64,000 nt of DNA from Paraspadella gotoi (taxonomy: Eukaryota; Animalia; Chaetognatha), in the NCBI GenBank assembly GCA_051294375.1, contig CM119271.1:11861896-11925895 (forward strand), written 5' to 3'. The notes beneath the pieces are model-generated. The model did no database searches. It saw nothing but the letters and a program-made list of their open reading frames with translations, and was not told the origin of the DNA. Below are positions 45,649 to 60,564 of this stretch, piece by piece. Within the stretch, counting starts at the first letter, position 1. Every line of letters begins with the position of its first letter. The position numbers were made by a program, and so were the translations under genes.

Positions 45649-45784
45649 AGGTCTAAGGAGATGCCGGCACCAATTTCTCATTTCATCGTCGTCTCACTTT
45701 CACCTTCACCCTGTTTTTTATTTTTTTCTTCATCGCCATCTTTTTTTTAAATTTTTTTTTCTTCTCTCTCTCGTGTTTTCTTCC

Positions 45785-46020
45785 TCCCGTCCCGCGCAAC
45801 GTGGGCGTGTCCCTTCATGTCAAATCCTCGACGCTGATTGGTTCCCGGGAACGCGTGCACTGCGTCGCGCGCGCACATCCATTGGGCGCGACGTCGCCCC
45901 GTCTCGCTCTCTGATTGGTCGAGCGTCTCGGGTGACGCCCCAGGCGGTGCCCTCACCGCCAGTGAGACGTCGTCTTCGCCGCCAGTGAAACGTGACCGAC
46001 TCGTTTCCGTCCTCCACTGT
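45785..46020. promoter_or_regulatory. CpG-rich promoter-like island with three CCAAT boxes, between (GA)n tracts
   Basis: ATTGG at ~45837, ~45881 and ~45914, plus gcgcgcgca and tgacg motifs; no credible ORF. Confidence 0.5.
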
Positions 46021-46264
46021 TTTGGTTTATTTTTCGTTTCACATTCGAATCTGTTTCTCGTGAGAAAAGACGGATGTGAATACGATATCGTTAAAAATAA
46101 ACTGTTTAAAGCGTAACGTCACAATCCGACTTCTTAACTGCGTCAGAAAATCTATGACGTAAAACGCGAAGATTAAAATATTGATGACGTAGTCATTTTT
46201 TTTTTAAACTTAAAAGATCCGGAATTGAATGACACCAGCTGATCTTGGTGGTTGTCTCGAAATT

Positions 46265-46333
<69 letters not shown>

Positions 46334-46825
46334 CGAATGAATCAATTTATATCCTGTCAAATGACTAATAAAAACAATTATAGTCGAAGGTCGAGTCACG
46401 TTTTTATCTCCAGACATTTATTTTTTCAACTTTCTCTCGGTGCCTCTCTGTACCATTTGCATTGCGGTTTTTACCCGTGGCAAGATCCGTGACACGACAC
46501 GCCGAACGAAAATACTGCGCAAAAAAAAAAGAAGAATAACCTCCGAAAGTTTTTTCTTTCTAGTAAATATTTAACTTCATTAATTTTTCTTTAAAAAGCA
46601 ATAGACTAGCCGTCTCTCGTCCCTTTTCACCAAAGTTTTAATTAAACACGACATTTCTTTCAAAATTTTAAAAGATACTCGTTTGTCATATAACCGCGTT
46701 GACACAATTAACCTTTAATTCTCGAATTTATAACCTCAAAAAAACTTTAAAAATCCCGGACAATCGATTCGACGGATCTACGTGATGTCTTGACGCCGAC
46801 GACGAGATTAATAAAATAAATCATC

Positions 46826-46870
<45 letters not shown>

Positions 46871-46954
46871 ACACACACACACAAACCAAGATCCAGTTTC
46901 CGACTGAACCTTAACTTAAGTCACGGGTTTATATAATTCTTTTAAAAATTTGGT

Positions 46955-47235
46955 ATAATTTTCCCAGTTCGCTCCCATTTTATCTTAAATTGGGAATTAA
47001 ATTAGTTTTGAGATTTAAAAATTAAGAAAAAAGTGAGGGTTAAGAAAAGGATGTAAAGGATTAGGGTTAAGGATTAGTTAAATTATTAAGATTAGGGATT
47101 AAGGTTTAAGGTTAAGGATTAAGGTTTAAGGTTAGGATTAAGGTTTAAGGTTAGGATTAAGGTTTAAGGTTAGGATTCAAGTTTAAGGTTAAGGATTAAG
47201 GTTTAAGGTTAGGGATTAAGGTTTTAAGGTTACAT
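46955..47235. mobile_element. MITE-like family B, partial (one terminus plus a ggttaaggattaa array)
   Basis: cccattttatcttaaattg terminus resembles those near 57606 and 61050; followed by a degenerate TTAGG/TTAAGG array. Confidence 0.5.
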
Positions 47236-47321
47236 ATACAATTGTCAATACAAACAATTTTCAAACTTTCAATTTTCAATTTCAAATAATAAAAAAAAAT
47301 TCATACAATTAAAACATTCCT

Positions 47322-47523
47322 TGAATCATTATACCACTTCATTGATAGGGAGTGAATAAACGAGACAGAGAGAGTCTTGTTTAAAATTTGCAGAGACCTG
47401 CTATGTCATTATCTTGTAAGAGTGATGGAGGCCTGAAACCACCAAAGCTTGTCCAAAGTCAGGGAGAAGATAGCTTATTTATTAAATGAATGGATAATTT
47501 ATATATTGGTTGTATCAATTTCA
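47322..47523 (+). mobile_element. Family C repeat, copy 2
   Basis: ccacttcattgatagg ... cctgctatgt ... gtgatggaggcct.aaaccaccaaagc ... tggttgta.caatttca is shared with copy 1. Confidence 0.8.
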
Positions 47524-48641
47524 AAGAGGCACGTCAGTGGCCGTGACTTAAACGAAATAATTTATACCGGATGCAGGATTCACACTTATTAGCATTAGAC
47601 TTGGAGGTGGATCTTTTATACTTAATTTAACCAGCTTCTCGGTTAGTTTATTTACCAAATCTTTTTTTTGTATGAATAATATACGTAGAAAATTACGATT
47701 TGATCTAAAAAAGTGCATATATATATATATACGCAGCAAGATTTAAATCTTATGATAATAAGAATTTCTTCCTTGTTAAGTTTTTCTTCCCAGTTTTTTC
47801 TTATATTTAATATTCGATTCTTATGCGATTTTTTTTCCTCTTTTCACTTTTATTATTCCTTTCATTGCTTGGGTCGTCGTAGTCTTCATCTTCATCGTCG
47901 TCTTCATCGTCGTCGTCATATTCTTCGTCGTCGTCGTCGTCGTCATCTTTTTCGGCTCAGAGGTTCCCGACTTGAAAAGGATTCTCTCTTATTCATTCAT
48001 GGGTCAAAGACTGCATCCGCGACTAAAAGCGACACATCGAAGTCTACGGCAAAATAAAGTTTTATTTTTCAAGTTAAGTTTTATGCATTTCAATTTATTT
48101 TTGATACACGCTGTAAGGTAAAACAAATTAACTTGAGAAAAAAGTTTAAATGGACAAATTAACCCCTCAAAAAACCGCTTTTTAAATTAATGATTGATTG
48201 AATTAAAAACCCAAGCGAATATACCGTAACCGTTATACTTCCGACTCAATAATTAACTTCTGATTTAAATTTAACCTAAGTTCGGTAGAAAACTAAACGT
48301 TACAACCTGAGTTATCGTCTCATCTAATATATTCCTTCAATCTAAAAAAAAAAAGATTTCATTAAAAAAATAATTGACAACTGACTGACTCCCGTTATCA
48401 CAGAATTAAGAAAAAAAAGACATTTTCAGTCAAAAATAAACAAACTTGGTTGTTTTAATCGTTATTATTTAAAACAATTTTTGTTCTTTTTTTTAATTAT
48501 CTTTTTTAGTTAAAAGAGAGAGAAAAAAGTAAATTTAATAAATTTCTCGCCGATCTACCGGTGGTTCCTCGAATTTTTATTTGTGCCCCTCGCTGATCGG
48601 TACATACGGTTTCGACATTCTTGGCTGGCTCTCCTCCTCTT

Positions 48642-48705
<64 letters not shown>

Positions 48706-49624
48706 GCTCTCCGGTGCAGCTGCGGCGACATCACGACAGGAAATGTAAACGAAAGACGGAAAAAACAAACAAAAAGTCAAAAGAGACTTTCACGTCGACG
48801 AGAGCGAAAAAAAAAGAGTGTCCAGTGTCTCTGTCTCAACTTATTTGTCTCCCTCTCTATCTTACTGGCTGCAAATATTTCTTTTCAATCTAAACTGTTT
48901 TCTTTTTTTTTCGGTTCTCCAGATACCTAATGAAAAGACGAATGAAAGACGAAACCAAAATAATAACAAAAAACAACTTCAAAACAAAACAAAAAACACA
49001 GAAAACAAAAAAGTAAATCGGTTGTGGCGCCAAAGTTCGCGCCTTTGAAATTAACCTTTCGTCTGTCGCCGCCTGAAAAAACAACCTGGAATTCAGCCGC
49101 TGTTTTTTGTCTGTTTTTTTCTGTTTCGTCGAAAGAAACTGTGTCAACATTAGGGATAAAAAAAAGAAAGTGTGAATTGGTCAAAACGACTTTTTGTGTT
49201 AAATATTTATTTGGCACAAAACAATAGAAATTTAAATTAAAACTAAAAAAAAAGAAAAAAAATTCATGTCATTTTTCGGGATTTTTCATCCAAAAACAAA
49301 ACAACAAAACTAAACTATGGTTTAAAAAACAAAACTAAATGAGATAAAACTCTTGACTCCTTGTCTGCCTTTTAACGCTTAACGAGACGCCTTCCCTACG
49401 GTAAGTGTGATTACCTGCAAGTGTGATTGGTTCGTAAGTGTGCCAAATGCCAAACCATCGCAATTTCTCTCCCCATTTTTTTCCTGGTTTTTGCATATCT
49501 TTTCTCGCTGAGAAGCTCTTCTACTTTTATTTAGGGAATATCTTTGTGTTATTATTACTTTTTCTGGTTTCATTTGCATCAGAGTGAGAGATTAAGAGAA
49601 TCAATGTTCCTAAGGCTCTCTTTT

Positions 49625-49763
49625 CATTTTAGCCTCTTTCTTTCTTTTCTTCATTATTTTCTTTCTTTTTTTCTTTCTTTCCTTCTTTCTTTCCTTCTTT
49701 CTTTCTTTTATTCATTCTTTCCTTCTTTCTTTCTTTCTTTCTTTTTTTCTTTCTTTCCTTATT

Positions 49764-49818
<55 letters not shown>

Positions 49819-49880
49819 CTCCTTCTTTCTTTCTCTCCTTCTTTCTTTCTGTTCTTCTTCCTTCCTTTCCTTTTGTCTTT
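49625..49880. repeat. (CTTT)n low-complexity tract
   Basis: Direct reading. Confidence 0.9.
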
Positions 49881-50036
49881 TTCTAAAATGGCTTAAAAGG
49901 TTTTTTTGTGAATTTCAAAATTCCAACTTTTTAATTTTTACTAAAAATATTTCTTTTTTTCATTTATGTTTCTTTTTTTTACATTTTATTTTCTTTCATT
50001 TTAAGTGAAGCCTTAGGCGTGAAGACAACCAAGAGT

Positions 50037-50079
<43 letters not shown>

Positions 50080-50897
50080 TTGACATCGACTAATTGTAGC
50101 ATCCGTTACATTTAAGTTCAACATTTTAGTTTTTTTTAAACAATTTCTGAAAGACTGAAAATTTATTCCGAATGTACTGATTAGGAACTCGGATAAAATG
50201 ACAAAATAATTCAAAACTACAACAATTCTATTTTTATATTTATTTTTATATAAATTCATAAATTTATAAATTTATAAATTTATCTTTAAAACTACAACAG
50301 TTTTATTTTTAATTAATAAAAGATATAAAAAAAATTAATTTATTTTTGTATTATTTAAACTCGAAAAACGCTTCACCAAACCCAAACATCTTAAATATAA
50401 ATTCGAATCGTTAAATAATTATTCAATTAAATATATTATTGTAATAACAATTAATCGTTAATCTTTAATTATTTATAAAGTTCAGTAACTGATATCCATC
50501 CACAGACAGACGGACCGACTGACCAAGAATCAGACCGACCGACTTATTATTATGGAATCATCGCTCGCGTGACCTTAGCTCAGGCGAGCTTGGCGAAGGG
50601 GAGTGTGTGTGACAAAGGTAGGGAACGTGACAAAGCGTAGCAAAGGCGGTAGAGATGTTAATCTGTAAAGACTCCTCAGCCTCGATGCAAAACTGAATGG
50701 AAAAGCAATTTGGCGGAACTGTCTGGGTCAAAAGATCTGACACTCACGTCTTAACTCTCACAGACTCATTCACCTTACGCTCTTTTGTCTTTGATCTATC
50801 TCACGGACGATAAAGTCGGGCGACGACGACGACGACGACAACAATGATGAAGATGACAACGATGACGATGACAACGAAGAACGAAGACCAAAGAATT

Positions 50898-50947
<50 letters not shown>

Positions 50948-51049
50948 AAAAATCCAGATAAGGGCCTCTTCAAAAAAACAACTTAAATGACATTATCTGG
51001 TTTGGAAAAAGTTAGCGAACTTCTTTATGAAAACAAAAAAATTAAGATT

Positions 51050-51645
51050 CTTGATGGGAAAGTTGAGATAAAATAGTGGATAAAGAGAATGTCGACCGGA
51101 TAGGCAGATTGGAGGTTGGATAGAAAGAATGGGGACTGGATTGAAGGAGGGCTAGATAGGGTGACTGGGTGGAAAGATTGTAGGCTGGTTAGAAAGAATT
51201 TAGTCTGGATAGAAAGAATTGAGGCTGGATAGAACGAATTGAGGCTGGATGTAAAGATTGGTGTCTGGATAGAAAGATTGGTGTCTGGATAGAAAGAATT
51301 TAGTCTGGATTGAAAGAACTGAGGGTGGATAGAAAGATTGGTGGCTGGATAAAAAGATTGGTGTCTGGATAGGAAGAATTTAGTACTGGAATAGAAGAAC
51401 TCAGCGCGGTGATAGAAAGAAAGATTTGGTGGCCTGGTAGAAAAGATGGGTGTCCTCGGATAGGAAGAATTATAGTCTCGGATATGGGAGAATTTAGTCG
51501 ACAATGCGACTAGAAAAGAACTGAGGAGTGGATAGAAAGATTGGGCTGGATAGAAAAAGATTGGTGTCTGGATAGGAAGAATTTAGTTCTGGATAGAAAG
51601 AACCATGAGGGTGGATAAAAAAGATTTGGTGTCTGGAGTAGAGAA
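51050..51645. repeat. ~20-bp minisatellite (tctggatagaaagattggtg), ~600 bp
   Basis: Many diverged units are visible. Confidence 0.9.
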
Positions 51646-51974
51646 GCAACGATCTGGCTACGTCGTCGCAGAATCAGAAAAGATTCTGAGGCATTGGATC
51701 ACGAAGACGAATATAAACCGTGCGGCATCAACGGGAAGAAGGCTGTTTTCTCGAGACAAGAGACAGACAGCGAACAGTCAAGGCAATAAAATCAACCGAT
51801 GGCCCATGTCCATCTCTCTCTCTCACTCTCTCTCTCACTCTCTCTCCCTCTCTCTCTCTCTCGTGGGGAATTCGGTACTCGCTCTCGCTCTCGCTAATTG
51901 AGATAATTCGTGATTTAGGAGGGATTTCATTCCGGTGTCAGTCTTTAGTCCTCACTTGGTTCTTTTCCCAGTTT

Positions 51975-52034
<60 letters not shown>

Positions 52035-52432
52035 ACTTTTCTGTCATTCTCTCTCTCTCTCTCCCTCTCCCTCTCTCTCTCTCTCTTTTTCTCTCTCTCT
52101 CTCTCTCTCCCTCCCTCTGTCTCTACCTCTCTCTTTCATTCACACCCCTTAGTGCCATTGTTTTTTCAAAGATTATTTTTAAACTGGTCTTCAAAAATTA
52201 AACATAATATTTTGTTAAGTTTCTCTCTTTCCGTTGTGTTTCGGAATTTAGGAAAAACAGTTTTTGGTGACAAACAACTATCAAATAAAAATCGTTGTTT
52301 GTCACCAAAAACTGTTTTTCATAAACATAATACATAATATTTATAATTTTACTTTTCTATTTTTTATATTTATTTTCACTTTTATTACGCCGACAATATC
52401 TTTCCTATTTTTGCCGAAATCTATTTCCTTCC

Positions 52433-52481
<49 letters not shown>

Positions 52482-54627
52482 TTTCACCCTCTCTTTCTCT
52501 GTCTCTTTGTTCTCTCTCCCACTCTTTCTCCCACTTTTCTCTCTCTCTCTCTCTTTTCCTTTTTCACTCTCTCTTTCTCATGTCTTTTGTTCTCTCCCAC
52601 ATCTTATTCCACTTCTCTCTCTCTCATGCTCCTCCCCTCATCATCTCTCTCTCCTCTCTCATCTCTCTCTTTCTCTTTTTTTCCCACCTCTCTCTTTCTC
52701 TGTCTCTTTTGTTCTCGCCCTCTCCCCACCTCTTTCTCCCACTTTTCATCTCTCTCTCCCATCTCTTTCTCTTTTCACCCTCTCTTCTTTCTCTGTCTCC
52801 TTGTTCTCGTCTCCCACCTACTCTCTCCACTTTTCTCTCTTCTCTCTACTCTCTTCTCTCTCTCACTCTCAGTTCTCTCAGTCTATCATCATCATCTCTC
52901 TCTCTCTGCTCCGTAAAAAAAAAAGGCCGCGCGAATTTTAATAGTATTTGTCCGACTTCTTATTCTAGATAGAGAATGCATTCTTACATCTAATCCTTTT
53001 CCCGTCCCTCGTACGAATCTTGTCAGCCGACAAACCGACAAACCGACAAACCGACAAACCGACACGCTAATGGGATACGAATTCCGAGAATAAAAAAAAA
53101 ACAAAAAACAATTATTTCTTGCGCCTTTTTTCCATTGGAGAATTAATTAATTAATCAATTAATTAATTAATTAACACGTTTAACGAAATAAGAAAAAAAA
53201 AGAACAAAGTAAAAACTTCCGGTAAAAAAAAAAACTTGTAGGGGCATGCGGCTTTTCACGGATGCCAGCAACAGGTTCGTAGTGAAAAAACATAATTAAT
53301 CACTCGAGATTTTATTTCGGGGGGGGGAACGCTGGACTCTGTAAGACTTTTTTTTTTTGGTTCAAATTCGCCAATCATCTTCTTTTTTGACGAAAAAAAA
53401 AAACAACATATTCTTGAGAAAAAAAATTTAAATTGAGCAAAATTGGATCTTGTAAAAAAATATTAGTAATTTAGGCAAAAATCTAATGATATAGCGATGT
53501 GAGACGACAGAGAGAGACCACAGAGAGACGAGGACGGAGAGAGAAGAAAGAGGGAAGCAGAGGAGGAGAGACGGAGGGGGACGAAGAGACAGAGAGAGAA
53601 AGAGGGAGAGGAGGGGAGCAGAGAGAGACAGGAGAAGAGAGAAGAGAGAGAGAGAGAGGGAGACAGAGAGAGACAAAGAAGAGAGAGAGAAAGAGAGAGA
53701 GAGAGGAGAAGGAGAAGAGAGAGACAGAGAGAAGAAAAAAGGGGGAGAGAAAAGGAGAAAGAGAGAGACAGAGAGAGAAAGAGAGAGAAAGAGAGAGAAA
53801 GAGAGAGAAAGAGAGAGACAGAGAGAGAAAGAGAGAGACAGAGAGAGACAGAAGAGAAAGGAAAGAGAGAGGACAGAGAGAAGAAAGATCGATCGAGAAA
53901 CGAGAGAGAAAGAGAGAGACAGAGAGAGAAAGGCCCTTTACCGATTGAACGCTGAAAAATGGTCGCGTATATTTTTTTTTTTCACGTAAACGTGTAAAAT
54001 GTTTTTCAATTTGACAAATCAAGCCGTCAGTAGAAACTACATAAATCATTCGAAGATAATAAACAATCTATTATAAGTTCAAGTCGTAAATAAACAATTA
54101 AATAAATAAACATTAAACAAGTTCTGATATCCAACTAACAATGATTAAATAATTTCATCAATAAACGTTAAACAAAAATTTTCTCTCACAAACCATCGAT
54201 CGTTGAGCATAAAATATCGTTTATCGATAAATAATAATTAATTTCTGATATATTTCTAATAAATTATCGCGATGTATGTATATTATAGTACATACATACT
54301 ACATAGGGTTTCATTCTTCCAAGAAGCTTTTTCCTTATTTCTTTTCAATCATATTTTTCTCCCTCTTTTAAAATTTATTTCCTTTAAAAACGAGTTTTAA
54401 TTAAAAATTAATTGAATAACAACAACAACAAAGAAACAAAAACGAATCACCCCCCCCCGCACGGGGTGAGAACTATTAACCGACAATCCCCATCGCCCGA
54501 TAACTCGACAATCTGATTATCCGACAGTCCGTCTCTTTCACGTCGGTCGGACAGACAGACAGACCTCACCGATGTCCATTCACGACAGAAGATGCCTCTC
54601 ACCGCCCATGTGAAGGAAGTTGACCTA

Positions 54628-54668
<41 letters not shown>

Positions 54669-55341
54669 AGATTAGGAAAAATAAATTATATTTTTTTAAA
54701 GAATTTAGGTTCCTCGGTTCCTTAATTAGTGTTAGCCTATCTCAGTAAGGTGGGTAAAAATTTGAATCGAGAACCTGAGCAAATGAAAATTTAGACTTTT
54801 TTACAAAACGTGAATAGACAAATAAATTTTAAGTTTTTAACATGACCCTATGTATTATATAATAATTTTTTAATATATATTTATAAATAATAAAGGCTAA
54901 TAATAATAAGTTTACTTATTTTTTTGTTTCATTTTTAGTATTTTGTTGTATTCTTAATGTTATGAAGTTGGTTCTACTAATATAAAACCAACAATAATTT
55001 TTTGTTGTTTTCTTTTGTGTTTTATTTATTGTTTTGCTTTGTTCATTATTATGTTTTTTTTTGCCGCTAAATCGACTCAAACTTTTTCTTTCTTTTAATT
55101 ATATTTTCTTCTCTTTTTTGCTCAAAAAACAATATTTTTTATTTCATTTTTTTTGTCTCATTTTTTTTATTTCACCTTTTCTCTCTTTTTTTTCTCACTC
55201 TCTCTCAATCTCTCTCTCTCTCTCTCTCTCACTCTCTCTCTCTATGTCTACTAGGTCGTCTATGACTCTGTCTCTCTCTATCTCTCATTCTCTCCCTCTC
55301 TGTGTTATTCTCACGGTTTTTTCTTTTCCGTCGCCCTTTCA

Positions 55342-55400
<59 letters not shown>

Positions 55401-55813
55401 TCATTCCTTTCCTTTTTTTTCTTCGTCTTCTGCCTCAAATTAGCAGCGAGATTATTTTTTGGTCGTTTTAAGAAATTCCTTCGTTCGTTCGTTAAGTCGC
55501 TCTTTCGTTCGTAAACATTAACAGTAATCCATTCTTATTTTTAAATTTATTAATTTCAAACCATTTTTAGCTTTTTGTCTTCCATTTTGATCCTTACTTT
55601 TTCCATTTTTTCCCCATTTCAATCCCCCGACATTCCCTTTTTCAACATCGCCACGTCGGATTCCGAAAATCTTTTGTTCGTCCCTCTACTTTTCCTCCCG
55701 CGACTCGTGGCGCCTCTTCAGGTAAGTTTCTCAACTCGGTGACAACAAATGAACAATGTATTAAATAAACAACTTATTTTTTATCTTTTTTTTTCCTTTA
55801 CGAATGAAATGGA

Positions 55814-55876
<63 letters not shown>

Positions 55877-57435
55877 AGAACAAAATAAAATAAAAAAAAC
55901 TATGTTTTTGGAACGAGAGAGTTTTCAAAAGTCGTTAGGCGATTTATAACCAAAACTGTTTGTTGAAAGAATGAGAGCGAGGGGGACAAAGGGAGAAAGA
56001 GAGAGGGAGAGGGAGAGAGAGAGAGACGGGAGAGAGGGAGGGTGAGAGAGAGAGAGGGGGGGTGAAGGAGGGACGACGACCACAACTCATTAAACGCGCA
56101 AAAAGAGTTGTTACAATTCGTTTAAATTCGTTGTAAGAGGATTTTGACCGCGAAAATAAGGAAAGGCTTATTAGGGAATAAAAAATTCACTTCTTGGTGC
56201 CGATTGGAGTAACCGATTTGTGAAAGGAAAAACCTTTTGTTAAAAAGTTACGTTGTGCAAAAAACAACGAAAGGAAAAGAAGTTTGCGTGGAATACATTG
56301 TAAATGATTATTTTTTTGTAAATAATAAATAATAATAAATAATAAGGTTTTTCCGGTAATGAACATAGTTTTTATAAAACTTACCGTATTCAACTTTTTC
56401 ACAAATAGATAGATAGAGAGAATCAAAGAGAGGGAGTTAGACACTGACCCGCTATCAATCTAATTTTCCGTGAGAGACGGACGGACAGACGGACAGACGG
56501 ACAGACGGAAGGACGGACGTACGGACAAATTCCCAAAATTGGATCGACGGAGAAGAAAACAAAACAATTTTAAATGAATTTAATGAATCAACTTCATTCG
56601 TGAGAGTTTGGATTCTCCGTCTCATTTAATTAAAATCTTTTTCTTTCACTCACTTCTCTAATCCTATCTATTCGTCACCTGTCTATTCAACTATCTTTTC
56701 TCCCTTCATTTCCTATCTTCACTTACTTTTCTCTTACATCTCCCTCCTCCTCCTCCTCCTCCTCCTCCTTCCGGTCGTAAATAAAAAAACGCCTCGTTCG
56801 TCTTCCGCCCACGCCCCGGCGTCCACCGGCGTCTACCGTCGTCTACCGGCGTCGCCCGGCGTCGCCCGGCATTTAAACCGCCGCTTTTCGGAGTCGTGAG
56901 GGCTTCCTAGAAAAAAAAAGGAGGGCGCGGCACTTTTTTCCATCGATGCCCCCTTGCTGCGGCTCCTGAAGCAGCGAACTAAAACACACGCATAAAACTT
57001 GCCCCATTTGCTGCTTCCATCGTCGCTTTATGCGTCACTCACTCACTCGCAACTGCTTCCTCCATCGTTCAAATTATCGTCGTCGTTTCTGTCGATCTCG
57101 ATCCTGACCGATGAGTCACCCAGCAAGCCAGATTTTTGTTGTTGTAAAAGTATCGTAGGGAAAGACAACCCTAATCTCTAACCCTAATCTCTATCCTTTA
57201 ATCTAACCTTACCCCGAACCGAAACCCTAAACAATCCATCATTCAAATTATCTCGTTTTTGTCGATCCCGATCCTGACTCTGAGTTATCCAGCCAGAGAG
57301 AGAGAAAGCGAGAAAGATTCGCTGCTCCATCAGACGGCAAGGGGGCATCGAAGAGCATTTCGCCCATAATTTTCCGCTCGGGAAACAAGATGAGAAAAAA
57401 ACATTAAATTTGTATCTTTTATATTTCATATCTAA

Positions 57436-57556
57436 CTCGATGATTCAACATGATTGGTCAATTTAACTCGGCGATTCAACATGATTGGTCAATTTAACTC
57501 GGCGATTTAACCTGGTTGGTCAATTTAACTCGGTTGTTGAACGTGATTGGTCAATT
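57436..57556. repeat. 30-bp x4 repeat containing tgattggtcaattt
   Basis: aactcggcgattcaacatgattggtcaattt-like units. Confidence 0.88.
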
Positions 57557-57605
57557 TTTTCCACCAATCGTATTCTCTCAGCTTCTTTACTTCTAACGCC
57601 GATTT

Positions 57606-58013
57606 GGGCATTATTTTCCAAGAACGTCCCCATTTAATCTAAAATTCGGAATTAGGTTAATTTTTAAAGTTAAAGATTAGGTTAAAAGTTAAGGATAAGG
57701 CAAGTGATTAAGGTTAGGTTAAGTTAGGTTAGGTTAGTGATTAGAGTTAAAAATTAGTATTAAGGATTATGGTTTAAGATAAAGGGTGAGGTTTAAAAAT
57801 TAAGCATAAAGGTTTAAGGTTAACAATATAGTATTAAGGATTAAGGTTTAAGATGAAGGGTGAGGTTTAAAAATTAAGATTTAGGGTTTAGGATATGGTT
57901 ATTGGTTAGAGTTTGAATTAGATTTAGGGATTAGGTTTTAGGACTGGGTAATATATTTAAATTAAATATTAAGATTAAAATTTGAAATGGGGCGCTCTGA
58001 GAAAAGAGCGCCC
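57606..58013. mobile_element. MITE-like family B with a degenerate telomere-like interior
   Basis: Imperfect TIRs gggcattattttccaagaacgtccccattt / aaatggggcgctctgagaaaagagcgccc flank ttagg/ttaagg arrays. Confidence 0.65.
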
Positions 58014-58485
58014 AGGTTGGGTTCACTCTAACTGCCGAAATTTACAAAGAAATAGGAATAGAGAGTTAGAGAGGTTGAGGTCCCAAAAATTAGAAGGGTG
58101 ACCCAATTATATTCTCGTTCCCTTTTATCAACTGACATCTACCTATTTTCTTCCCTAAATTCTTCAACCGACTAATCTTCCACCCTCCGTTCTCCCACTA
58201 ATCTTCCTCTCCTTTTCCAACTTCTGTTCTCTCAACTCCTATTCTTCCACCTCTCATTTTCCCTCCTTTCTTATCGCCACCCTATTGTTCTTCCACCCTC
58301 CTTTCTCTCACTCGCCCCCCGGTTCTTCCATTCTCCCATCGCGCCACCAAATCGTTCTTCCGCCCATCAACCGATTTTTTCTCCCAACTTTACGGTTTCC
58401 TTAGTTTTTTTTTATTTATTCCTTTTTCGCGTTCGTTCGTCTCTAACGTTTCCACCATATGGAGGACACTCTCTCTCTTTCTCTC

Positions 58486-58539
<54 letters not shown>

Positions 58540-59227
58540 CTTCGGTCCATATTGTTGAAGCTTAAAAAAACAAGAGAAAAGACAAGAAAAAAAGTCAACA
58601 CTGGAAGAGGGTGGGTGGGGCCGCATCGCACAGCGCCGCTTCACGCCGCACCGCACAGCACCGCGCGGAGTTGGCGACGACATCTTGCGGGGGAAATAAA
58701 TGGGGGGGGAACGTCGGAAGAGGATAGAGACGAACGGATGCGATTATTGGCGTCGCTGTTTTCGGAAATTTCATTTTAACTAAATCCTTTTTTAAAACGA
58801 TTTTAAAAATTTTAAAATAAACCAAAAAAACTAAAATTTAATAATTAATTTATATTGATAAATACGTATTTATTTGATTTTTTAAAAGTTATACAATTGA
58901 TAAGACTAACCAAAAAACAAAACATTTGCGTTAGTAATCTATTTTAAATCCTACACTTGTGCCCGGATAAATGTCACAAATCAATTCAAAAAAGCTTTTT
59001 CTAAATATAATTTTTTTTCTTTATATCTTATCAATGCGATTAAGAAAATCATGAAATAAATAATAAATAAATAAATAAATAAATAATAAATCATCAAATA
59101 AATAATGCATGAATATTGAATAATTACGGAATTCTCTCTCGATTTACGATGGAATAAAAAATATTCGTGCCTTTTTTTTTCATATTCGATTTCTGTGTTT
59201 CGTATTTATCATTCAAAATCAGAGGTA

Positions 59228-59363
<136 letters not shown>

Positions 59364-59769
59364 AAAACAACAACAACGACAGAATTGTTCTTACAGTTTT
59401 TTTTGTTTTTTTTAAATCTCAAAAATCTTAGTCTAAAAAATCTTACTCTTGTAATCCTAATTTAAGACCTCTTTTCTATCTTTATCTCTATATTTTCTAT
59501 CTCTTTCATCTTTTCTATCATTATCTCTCATTTTCTAATCTTCTCTCTTTTCTACACTTTCTCCTCTTCCTCTTCCTCCCTCTCCTCACAGCGTGATTCC
59601 CTCACCAATGGCGAATATAATAATCGGCCAAAAAAATTCACAGCTGGTGACGAGACTTTTTCTCGCTCACGTCACCGCCCCCCCTTCCCCTTCACCTCCC
59701 CCCGATCTCGATCCCCACCCGGCGAGTAAGTCGCCATTTTCTCGCGATCTCTTCGACCACCCGCTTGCG

Positions 59770-60350
59770 TCCCTCTGCGCTCTCGACGCTATCAGCGCTC
59801 GCGACGCTCTCGGCACGTTCGGCGCTCGCGTCCCTCTGGGCGCTCTCAGCGCTATTAGCGCTCTCAATGCTCTCGACGCTATCGGCACTATCAGTGCTCT
59901 AAGCGTACTTAATGCTGCTTGTCTCACTCTCAGCTGTTTTCACACTTTCAACACTTGGAAATCTCGGCTCTCTCAACACTATTGGCACTCTCAACGCTTA
60001 GGACTCTTTCGGCGCTCTCAGCACTATTGTCACTCTCAGAGCTAACAGCACTCTAAACGCTCTCAGACTGCACAGCACTCAAACGCTCTCAGAGCTAACA
60101 GCACTCTAAACGCTCTCAGAGCTAACAGCACTCATAAACGCTCTCAGAGCTAACAGCACTCTAAACGCTCTCCAGAGCGTCTAACAGCACCTCATCTATA
60201 ACGCTCTCAAGCTAAACAGCACTCTAAACGCTCTCAGAAGCTAACGAGCACCTTCTTAAACGCTTCAGACTCACACTTCTACAACGCTTCAACTAACAGA
60301 CTCTAAACGCTACTTCATGATGTAACAGCACTCTAAACGCTCTCAGAGCT
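59770..60350. repeat. Minisatellite graded from 9/18-bp gctctc units to 27-bp gctaacagcactctaaacgctctcaga units
   Basis: Direct reading; the later units are indel-rich. Confidence 0.85.
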
Positions 60351-60564
60351 CTCTCCCGCTTCCCTTCCCCCCCCAGGTTCATATGTGTTTTTTTTTTCAA
60401 CGATATCCATCTGGACTTAGTGTTTTTCCTTTTCGAGTCTTTTTTGACCAAATTCCGTGAAGCGCGTGATATATTTCGATCCAATCACGTGAATTTTGTT
60501 TTTTTTTTAGGGGGAGGAGTAATTCTCCTCCGAAGGTAGCGCAGTTGTCGCTTTACCTCTCCCC

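Noticed and set aside
47420-47445. gtgatggaggcctgaaac resembling a minimal hammerhead ribozyme core
   Set aside because: It deviates from CUGANGA at conserved positions, the other copy has taaac instead of gaaac, and no stems I/III were found.
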